A DNA stretch of 35,909 bases from Arenicellales bacterium. Lineage in GTDB: Bacteria > Pseudomonadota > Gammaproteobacteria > Arenicellales > UBA868. The DNA is taken from contig JAPKAJ010000001.1 of assembly GCA_028825345.1 (NCBI GenBank), forward strand, positions 1 through 35,909, given 5' to 3'. Both the position numbers and the translations under genes were made by a program. The notes beneath the pieces were generated by a model, which was given only the letters and a program-made list of their open reading frames with translations, searched no databases and was not told where the DNA came from. Below are positions 9,764-17,168 of the stretch, one piece after another. Numbering within the stretch: the stretch's first letter is position 1; each line of letters begins with the position of its first letter.

Positions 9764-10950
9764 ATTTCTGTACCGATCTGGTAGACGCGGGCCGCGCAGT
9801 CATGGAAGAGCTCGTTCTTCTCGGTCGCCGTGAGCTTTAGCGCCGTCGTGACTCTCTTGAACGCGTTCCAGAGATTCGTATACGAGCACGACACCTTGTC
9901 GATGGGAAAATTCGACTCGAACATGCAGCGCTCCACGCCGAAGGCTTCGATCAGCTCCGCAAAGTAGGGTTGCCACGCCGTCGCCATCTCATCGGACGAA
10001 GGTGGCGCGTCGCGCTCCTCATAGCCCCATCCGTAGGCCGGCATGCCGCAACCGCCCAGTTTCATTACGACGTTTGGGCAACCGGCGAGTGAGCGGACAG
10101 CCCGCTGCCACTCGATGAACACCACGCCATCTCGCTCATTGGCCAGCGGACCCTTCTTGATCAGACCGCCGATATGGTTAACGACGATACTCACGCCCGG
10201 GAACGCGTTGGCGAGGTCTTCGACCTCACAGAGTTGCGTGTAATACCCATAGGAGTCGAACGAGAGATTCAGGCGGTCGAGCACTTTGAACCCAGCCCGA
10301 AAGTCGTCACTTGCGAGCAGTCCAGGTGTATCACCGGCCGTGCGGGAGTTCCCGATATCCGGCGATTCATGCCAGGCGTGAGAATGGCGAATGCCTCGAA
10401 ACCGGGGGCTTGCCGCCCGGTGGGCAAGGAGCACAGGCTCCACCGCTGCACCCAGGGTCAGATCCGCATAACTGACGATGGCCCCACAGCACCGCGCATC
10501 CGGGCCGTAGAGATTGCTTGCGGCCATGGCCGCGATGCCGTTCACGAATTCGGTCTCGCCGACGCTGAAATCGGCGCCTCCGTCGGCTCGATACATCGCC
10601 ATGCTATCGATGAACACAGTGTCGACGACGTTGTGGCCGCCGCCGCGAACGTCGTCCATGAGATCGTCAGCGAGATAGCAAAGCGGGAGACGACCGATCC
10701 ACTTCGGCAACGCGTCGATCTCGGATTGGGTAAGTGATCCCTCGGGAGACTCGGGTCGCGGCCGCCGATCCCACAAATGGTGATGGGGATCGATGATGGG
10801 TTGTTCCGGGTCGATGACCTCTTCCGACGTGCGTGCGAGCCATTCCCGCAGCACGACGCCCGGCACGTCGGGAAGGTCTGACCATCGCGGCAGCCCGGCG
10901 CCGTTAGGATCGCCATTGCGCGCGAGGGCTTTGCGAATTATTTTTGACAT
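9760..10950 (-). CDS. Amidohydrolase_2 family metal-dependent hydrolase (lactonase-like)
   Basis: IIDPHHHLWD, RFRGIRH, VNHIGG, MKLGG, CMFESNFPID. Paralog of 34413..35525. The first 23 or so residues include a carboxylesterase-derived segment. Confidence 0.88.
   Translation of the reverse strand: MSKIIRKALARNGDPNGAGLPRWSDLPDVPGVVLREWLARTSEEVIDPEQPIIDPHHHLWDRRPRPESPEGSLTQSEIDALPKWIGRLPLCYLADDLMDDVRGGGHNVVDTVFIDSMAMYRADGGADFSVGETEFVNGIAAMAASNLYGPDARCCGAIVSYADLTLGAAVEPVLLAHRAASPRFRGIRHSHAWHESPDIGNSRTAGDTPGLLASDDFRAGFKVLDRLNLSFDSYGYYTQLCEVEDLANAFPGVSIVVNHIGGLIKKGPLANERDGVVFIEWQRAVRSLAGCPNVVMKLGGCGMPAYGWGYEERDAPPSSDEMATAWQPYFAELIEAFGVERCMFESNFPIDKVSCSYTNLWNAFKRVTTALKLTATEKNELFHDCAARVYQIGTEI
10882..10929 (-). 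pseudogene. 48-nt carboxylesterase C-terminal remnant fused in frame into the amidohydrolase N-terminus
   Basis: Encodes ALARNGDPNGAGLPRW; 41/48 nt identical by hand alignment to 12393..12440 (AFARTGDPNGAGLPHW) of the adjacent esterase. Confidence 0.8.
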
Positions 10951-10952
10951 AA

Positions 10953-10977
10953 ACTGAATGTTGATTCAATATTCAGT
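10953..10977. promoter_or_regulatory. Palindromic operator copy 2, bidirectional promoter
   Basis: ACTGAATGTTGA-T-TCAATATTCAGT, 1 mismatch. Plus strand: TTGACA (10944-10949), 17 bp, CAATAT. Minus strand: TTGTGT (10986-10981), 17 bp, CAACAT. Lies between divergent genes. Confidence 0.88.
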
Positions 10978-11072
10978 TAAACACAACACATTTTTCAGAG
11001 CAGGATCCGAAATCGGATCAACCGCCGCAGATAACACAACACCACCTTCAACACCCTCAAGGAGTCGGTACT

Positions 11073-12545
11073 ATGACCACGGTGACTACACAGCTTGGCA
11101 GCATTACCGGCAAGCCGGAAAACGACATCCAGATGTTCCTGGGCGTCCCATATGCAAAACCCCCGGTGGGTGAACGGCGCTTTCAGGCGCCGGAACTCCA
11201 TGGACCCTGGTCAGGCACGCTGGATGCCACCAGGCTGGGAAACAGGGCGATGCAACCTGAAAACCCAACAGCTCCACCATCACCGGAGCCATTCAGCGAA
11301 GACTGTCTGACTGTGGACATCTACACACCTGCAGCGGACGATCGCGCCCGGCCGGTGTTGTTCTGGATTCATGGCGGCGCCTACTACATTGGCTCCGGTA
11401 ATGACCACGACGGCTCTATTCTTGCTGCCCAGGGCGACGTTGTGGTGGTTGCTGTCAACTATCGGCTTGGCGTATTTGGTTTTCTCGATCTGTCGAAGTA
11501 CGACGACGACCTGGCCGGATCGGCATCCAACGGCTTCCGCGACCAGATCATGGCGCTGACCTGGGTGAGGGACAACATCAATGATTACGGGGGTGACCCC
11601 AACAACGTGACCATCTTTGGCGAATCTGCCGGTGGTGGTTCGGTCAATGCGATTCTGGCCGCACCCTCCGCCGACGGCCTGTATCACCGCGCCATTGCTC
11701 ACAGTGGCACCGCCATCACCAACCCACCGGCGTCACTGTCAACGGAATTCGCCGCACACTTGGAGGTGGACGAGAGTGAATTGCTCACCCATCTCAAGCA
11801 ACTCTCGGCTCAAGATTTGCTGGCGGCTCAGCTCGGCGCCGGTGTTCTGGGTGAGGCCTGCGTTGACGGCGTGGTGATCACCCGGGATACCTACCAGGCA
11901 ATTGCCGAGCGCGGCGCGCGAGGCGTACCCTACATCGCGGGCTCCAATCTGCATGAAGGCACCTTTATGACTTCGTTTGCCCCCGAAGGGACCCCCTTCG
12001 ACCCCATGACCGCTGTCCTGGGAGCAATGCCCTTCGACCTCCTCCGCGTCGGTACGGAACCCGGCGATTACGTGACCGCGATGCAGGACGCTTATCCCGA
12101 CGAGACTGGCAAGAATCTCTACCAGCGGGTCTATACCGAGATGTTCCGCCGCGCTGCTATACGCACAAGTGAAGCCGCCACAGCGGCTGGGTCCAGCGGC
12201 TGGCTGTACCGTTTTGACCTGCCGTCCTCCGTCATGGACGGCGTTCTCGGCGCCACCCACGGCTGTGAGGTTGCGTTCACCTTCAACGACTATGCGCGCC
12301 CGGAGATTTCGCGCATTTCCTTCGCCCACTACCACGATCCGAAGGATCCAGTGGTCCGCCGACTGGCGCAGCAGTGGTCAAACACGGTACTAGCCTTCGC
12401 GCGCACTGGCGATCCCAACGGCGCTGGTCTGCCGCACTGGCCTCCTTATTCGGCCGATCAACGTGAAGTCATGATCATGGACGCCGAATCGAGAATTGAG
12501 CAGGACCCGGATAACCAATTGCGCAAGCGGTGGGGTGATGCGTGA
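11073..12545 (+). CDS. Type-B carboxylesterase
   Basis: AAGGAG RBS; WIHGGA, GESAG, NLHEG, GATHGCE; triad intact. Confidence 0.93.
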   Translation: MTTVTTQLGSITGKPENDIQMFLGVPYAKPPVGERRFQAPELHGPWSGTLDATRLGNRAMQPENPTAPPSPEPFSEDCLTVDIYTPAADDRARPVLFWIHGGAYYIGSGNDHDGSILAAQGDVVVVAVNYRLGVFGFLDLSKYDDDLAGSASNGFRDQIMALTWVRDNINDYGGDPNNVTIFGESAGGGSVNAILAAPSADGLYHRAIAHSGTAITNPPASLSTEFAAHLEVDESELLTHLKQLSAQDLLAAQLGAGVLGEACVDGVVITRDTYQAIAERGARGVPYIAGSNLHEGTFMTSFAPEGTPFDPMTAVLGAMPFDLLRVGTEPGDYVTAMQDAYPDETGKNLYQRVYTEMFRRAAIRTSEAATAAGSSGWLYRFDLPSSVMDGVLGATHGCEVAFTFNDYARPEISRISFAHYHDPKDPVVRRLAQQWSNTVLAFARTGDPNGAGLPHWPPYSADQREVMIMDAESRIEQDPDNQLRKRWGDA

Positions 12546-12569
12546 TGCTCCGGCGACGAATGACGACAA

Positions 12570-13865
12570 GTGGATGATTCAGCAACAAGCACAGCCCCCG
12601 CTAGCCGAGTCGGTGTCAGTCGTGGCCAGCTCGTTCATGCGACTGTGCTGTTGTGCCTTGTCAACATGTTCAATGCTCTGGACCGAGGGGCTCTGGCAAT
12701 TCTGGTTGAGCCGATCAAGACAGACCTTGGCTTGTCCGACACACAGCTCGGGCTGCTCACCGGCTTTGCATTTAGTCTGACCTACGCGTTGTTCGGCATT
12801 CCGCTAGCGCGTCTGGCGGATACCCGCAGCAGGGTGAAACTGTTATCAGTCTGCCTGGCCGTGTGGAGCATTGCGACCGCGATTGCCGGATTCGCCCAAA
12901 ACTTTATTCAGCTGGCACTGACAAGAGTCGTGGTCGGCATTGGCGAAGCCGGTGGCTCTCCGGCGTCGGTGTCGATGATGGGTGAATACTACAAGCCGGA
13001 AAGTCGCAGCCGCGGGATGAGTCTGTTTATGCTAGGCGGTGTTACAGGAGGCGCATTGGGATTGGGGTTGGTCGGCGTAATAGCAGACCACTATGGTTGG
13101 CGAGTCGCTTTGTTTACCATGGGTCTGCCCGGTTTACTGCTCGCCATTGTTCTGTTGACGACTTTACGTGAACCCCCACGAGGGCGCTTCCAGAGCACCT
13201 CGGAGCGATTCGATACGGATATTGCCTGGTATCAGGCAGTCGCGCAGGTACTCAGTCGCCGAACCATGCAACACCTATTGCTCGCCTATGGCATCGGCGC
13301 CTTCGGTGGCGCGGGCGTCAGCGCCTGGCTCGGCGCTTTTTTTATGCGTAGCCACGGCATGTCCTTGAGCGAAGTGGGCGGGTTACTAGGCGTACTGGCT
13401 GGGTTGGCCTCATTCGCCGGTGTGATGTTCGGCGTGGTGTTTGGACCAAGGGTGGTGCGACGGGATCGGCGCTGGGAGCTGTGGTGGCCGGGCGCTGTCT
13501 ACCTTACGATCGTGCCTACCTGGATGCTGACCCTTTATATCTCTGACCTGTATCTGGTCGTTCTGATGCTGGCGATTACCGTGGCTCTTTCCTCATCCTG
13601 CGTGGGATTCGTTCTGACAAGTATTCAAAGCGTTCTGCCTGCACACCTTCGAGGCATGGGAACAGCCGCAGTCATGTTCGCCTCGAATCTGGTCGGTACT
13701 GGCGCGGGTCCACTACTTGTTGGCTATCTTAGCGATGTGCTAACGCCAACACTAGGGGGCGAGAGTCTGCGCTACGCCATGATCATTGGTGTCATGTTCA
13801 TTAGCTGGGGAGCCCTTCACTTTTTTATCGCCGCGAAACACCTCAGGAACGAATTAGTGTCGTGA
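12570..13865 (+). CDS. MFS transporter (spinster-like)
   Basis: About 12 hydrophobic segments, NALDR, LSDTQLGLLTG, ARLADTRSR motif A. Paralog of 23087..24412. Confidence 0.9.
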   Translation: MDDSATSTAPASRVGVSRGQLVHATVLLCLVNMFNALDRGALAILVEPIKTDLGLSDTQLGLLTGFAFSLTYALFGIPLARLADTRSRVKLLSVCLAVWSIATAIAGFAQNFIQLALTRVVVGIGEAGGSPASVSMMGEYYKPESRSRGMSLFMLGGVTGGALGLGLVGVIADHYGWRVALFTMGLPGLLLAIVLLTTLREPPRGRFQSTSERFDTDIAWYQAVAQVLSRRTMQHLLLAYGIGAFGGAGVSAWLGAFFMRSHGMSLSEVGGLLGVLAGLASFAGVMFGVVFGPRVVRRDRRWELWWPGAVYLTIVPTWMLTLYISDLYLVVLMLAITVALSSSCVGFVLTSIQSVLPAHLRGMGTAAVMFASNLVGTGAGPLLVGYLSDVLTPTLGGESLRYAMIIGVMFISWGALHFFIAAKHLRNELVS

Positions 13866-13905
13866 GGGAGTAAACGTTGTCGCAAACAAAAGGAGCAAAG
13901 AAACG

Positions 13906-14571
13906 ATGACCATCATGATCGAAGCCGAGCATATCCTCGGTAACTCGACACCCACCGCATTCGCTAACTACATCAAGGTTTACGGGGAAACCATGATCCC
14001 GGCAATGAACGATGTCGGGTATAACCTGGTTGGGGCCTGGCGCCAGGTGAGCGGTCCTCTCGGGCGGGACCTGTTCCTCACGACTGCCGAGTCAATGGCC
14101 GCCATGGAAAAGATTGGGCCCAGATTGCTCGAGCACAAAACCCTGACGGAGGGACTGCCTCGCTTCGCAGCGCTCGGGTTCACGGTGGACGAAGTCCTCA
14201 AGAACGGGAGGCCTTTCGCATTTGCCGACGACCGTCGCCTTCAACAGGGGGCAGCCAATACCGGCAGCGCTCCCCGATGCTACCGCCTGATTCGTCGTCG
14301 CGTAGGCGTCACTGGGATGACTGCCGCGAGTGAAGCACTCTCCGATCTGGCAGACCGACTCGAGGCCGCGGGAAGCTGGAAACTCTTTACCGCTTACCAG
14401 ACGACGTACGGCGACCGCCGCGAGATGAGTGAGATCTGGATTGCGGACGACATCACCCGGGAATGGTATCCCCAGGCTGCCTCAACGGAGGTGCTTGCCG
14501 CCCTTGATGCAGTCACCCACGAAGCCTCAGTTCATCTCCTGGATCCGCTCCCTTTCTCCAAGGCCCGTTAA
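13906..14571 (+). CDS. NIPSNAP-like (dimeric alpha/beta barrel) protein
   Basis: AAGGAG RBS; two repeated halves (GYNLVGAWRQVSG / SWKLFTAYQTTYG) and a C-terminal LLDPLPFS pattern typical of NIPSNAP. Confidence 0.6.
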   Translation: MTIMIEAEHILGNSTPTAFANYIKVYGETMIPAMNDVGYNLVGAWRQVSGPLGRDLFLTTAESMAAMEKIGPRLLEHKTLTEGLPRFAALGFTVDEVLKNGRPFAFADDRRLQQGAANTGSAPRCYRLIRRRVGVTGMTAASEALSDLADRLEAAGSWKLFTAYQTTYGDRREMSEIWIADDITREWYPQAASTEVLAALDAVTHEASVHLLDPLPFSKAR

Positions 14572-14616
14572 CCTAATCAACAATACAAGTCGTTAATCTA
14601 ATCACCAGGGTTCCCT

Positions 14617-16035
14617 ATGAAACTTCTACTACTCGCTATGCTACTGACCTCGGCCACCGCCTTTGCGGAGAAACGCTGACTGGCTGGAGGCCATCACATC
14701 CATAGCCATTTCAGCCCCGGATACGACTACAGTGTGAATCCGCCGCGCGCCATTATAGGTGGCGATGCGGTTAACCCGATGCCTACCAATGCCACGCTCG
14801 CAAAAAAGTATGGTTTATCCTGGATCGTGGGGACGGACCATGGCGGACCAAATCACAGTAAGATTAATCGGGATATGGCCTATCCCGCATTGTTGAAATC
14901 CCGTAAGGAAGTCCCCGAGGTAATTCAGTTTTATGGGATGGAGTTAAACAGCCCCGGGGCCGACCACAGTAGTTTGATTATTCCGTACACCCACGATGAA
15001 CAGCAGGTACTGTTTAGGTTGGAACATGGTTTTGACAAGCGCGAAGTATTCCCGTTGGATATTAGCCGTGATGTCGAGGACAACATGCTGGCCGCATTAA
15101 CGGTTATGAAGGCGCTGCCGTCACCCCCGGTGGTCATCGCCAACCACCCTTCCCGCACCGCTACTGCATACGGTGAATATGGTGACGATGATCCAGCCGA
15201 GTTTCGTCACTGGAATGACACCGCGCCCAATGTCGCTGTGGGTATGGCCGGCGCACCAGGACACCAGGCGATGCCGCTGGCAGGCGACGCCATCAAAAAA
15301 ACGCTCGCCTCATACAAGATGCCTCTGAAGTTACCTCGAGGTGCGTACCTTGGTTATCCGACACTGGGTGGCTTCGATCAGATGACCGCGAGAGTGGGTG
15401 GGTTTTGGGACTCGATGCTCGGTGAAGGACGACGCTGATGGATCACATCCAACTCAGATTTTCATCGTCACCATTCAGATGAGGGTGTCGATTTTTACCC
15501 GGGTGAATATTCCAAGACCTTTGTCTACGCCGAGAAGAATCATGAGGCCATCTTGGCCGCGTTGCGCTCCGGACAGGTCTTCGTAACAACCGGTGACCTT
15601 GTCAGCGAGGTTTATGTCACGGTCAGGTACCAAAAAGCTGAAGCATCAATGGGCGGCGAACTGGTCGTCGACCAGGGCAGTGCGGTCCAGATTGAAATTC
15701 GTGTGCGCGATCCGGACGGCAAAAATAGTAATGGCAGCTATCCTGCTTTAAGCAGAATAGATCTGATAGCCGGAAATGTCGGCGCAAGATCCGCCGACCT
15801 TAGCATCAACAGCAACAGCAGCACCCGGGTGCTGCACCGCTTCACGGCCAAAAACTGGCGAAGGGCGAGCGAGTTCCTGACGATGCGCACAACACTCGCC
15901 ATTAACGAATCAATGTACCTGCGTGTACGCGGCACTAACACCAAAGAGCTTGAACCCACGGAGGACGCTGCGGGTGAAAACCCCTGGGATGACCTCTGGT
16001 TCTACACCAACCCGGTATTCGTTACGGCGAGATGA
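14617..16035 (+). pseudogene. Secreted PHP-domain phosphoesterase-like gene interrupted by two in-frame TGA codons
   Basis: A single frame runs from ATG 14617 (signal peptide MKLLLLAMLLTSATAFA) to TGA 16035, with internal TGA at 14677-14679 (KR*LAGGHHIHS) and 15436-15438 (GEGRR*WITSNSDFH). PHP motifs HIHS, TDHGG, NHPSR and SDFH are present. It joins track ORFs 14734..15438 and 15553..16035. Confidence 0.82.
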
Positions 16036-16051
16036 AGGCACACCAATTACA

Positions 16052-16114
16052 AATGGGAAATTTAAGCCAGTAGAAGTCGAATCAAGAAACGTATCTGAAG
16101 AAAACAGAACTCTC
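16052..16114 (+). pseudogene. 63-nt remnant of a second Zn alcohol dehydrogenase gene (C-terminal part)
   Basis: Encodes NGKFKPVEVESRNVSEENRTL versus DGKIEPVEVESRNVAEANRTL at 21727..21789; 51/63 nt identical by hand. Confidence 0.82.
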
Positions 16115-16116
16115 GT

Positions 16117-17055
16117 TCAAGTGAGCTGCTTGCGCAGCGCAACCCGAAAGTCTGCTTCGTACACTTGCTCCGGTGCTTCGCGCACCATCTTATCAGCCGC
16201 GTGCGCATCGTCGCCGACGAGAATTCTCCACCGGTCGTTGTGCACGCCGTCGAGGATGATTGTCGCCGCCTGCCCCGCGCTGAGCGGCGCCTTGTTGCTA
16301 AAGTCATCCAACTGCTGCTGGATCGCCGCGCGAATCTGCTCGTCGCTGTCATTTCCGCCCGGCATGCCGCTTTCGACCATCCGCCTGCGAATCTTCGCAA
16401 TGTCGGCAGCACTCATGTCCTTCGGCGTCGGTCGGCCGAGCACCTTGTCGGTATTGATCGCAAGCGACGAGCCGATGTGGCCCGGCATCACCACCGCCAC
16501 CTTGACGTGCGGCGCATTCAGTCGCAGGTCGGTGACAAGGGCCTCGGAGAAACCTTTCACTGCAAACTTCGCCGCGCTGTACGCGGTGTTCGTTACTGCC
16601 CAGAAGCCGTTCACGCTGCTCGTGTTGACGATGTATCCCTCGCTGCTCGCCACCAGGAACGGCATGAACGCGCGGCTGCAGTAATACACGCCGAACCAGC
16701 AGACGCCGAAGGTGCGATCCCACTCTTCCCGCTTGTTGATCAGAAAACTTTCGCCGCCACCGATACCGGCATTGTTGAACAACAGATTGATGTCATCGCG
16801 CTCGTGCGCTTTCAGCGCGGCATCCCGAAACGCGAGGACTTGCGTTTCGTCTGCTACGTCGCACAGATGGGTTGTCACGCGCACCGACGGCGAGTCCTGT
16901 GCGCACAGCCGCTGCGTCTCATGCATGTTTTCTTCGGATACGTCGCAGGTCGCGACATGACATCCTGCCGCCGTCAGCTGCCGCACCAGCTCACGTCCCA
17001 TACCGGTGCCTCCACCGGTGACGATCGCGAGTTTGCCTTTGAAATCCTTCATCAC
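16117..17055 (-). CDS. Short-chain dehydrogenase/reductase
   Basis: TGGGTGMG Rossmann motif, NNAG, NTSS, YSAAK catalytic YxxxK. Confidence 0.92.
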   Translation of the reverse strand: MMKDFKGKLAIVTGGGTGMGRELVRQLTAAGCHVATCDVSEENMHETQRLCAQDSPSVRVTTHLCDVADETQVLAFRDAALKAHERDDINLLFNNAGIGGGESFLINKREEWDRTFGVCWFGVYYCSRAFMPFLVASSEGYIVNTSSVNGFWAVTNTAYSAAKFAVKGFSEALVTDLRLNAPHVKVAVVMPGHIGSSLAINTDKVLGRPTPKDMSAADIAKIRRRMVESGMPGGNDSDEQIRAAIQQQLDDFSNKAPLSAGQAATIILDGVHNDRWRILVGDDAHAADKMVREAPEQVYEADFRVALRKQLT

Positions 17056-17168
17056 GCTGTCATCTAGGCCGATATTTCCAGATGGCTCAATCCCGGTGCA
17101 ACGGCGATAACGCCGTCGTGGTCACCGAGAAAACGAACTGCTTCTAATCCTGATTTATTGGGTACCCC

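Noticed and set aside
11004-11019. Inverted repeat GATCCGA-AA-TCGGATC in the esterase leader
   Set aside because: A single short hairpin with no counterpart in the other leaders; function unsupported.
14617-16035. Alternative genetic code or selenocysteine explaining the TGAs
   Set aside because: Many genes here, including this one, end in TGA, and other Trp codons are TGG. The positions appear to be Trp rather than Cys, and I saw no convincing SECIS hairpin.
15923-17067. Long plus-strand ORFs 15923..16684 and 16165..17067
   Set aside because: Antisense shadows of the GC-rich SDR gene. Only the 21-codon ADH remnant in the first is meaningful.
17064-17150. Minus-strand peptide LGDHDGVIAVAP resembling the RraA/HMG-aldolase GDxDGV motif, and hairpin ACGGCG-ATAA-CGCCGT (17101-17116)
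   Set aside because: Too short to distinguish from chance, with no parent gene in the window. The hairpin has no U-tract.
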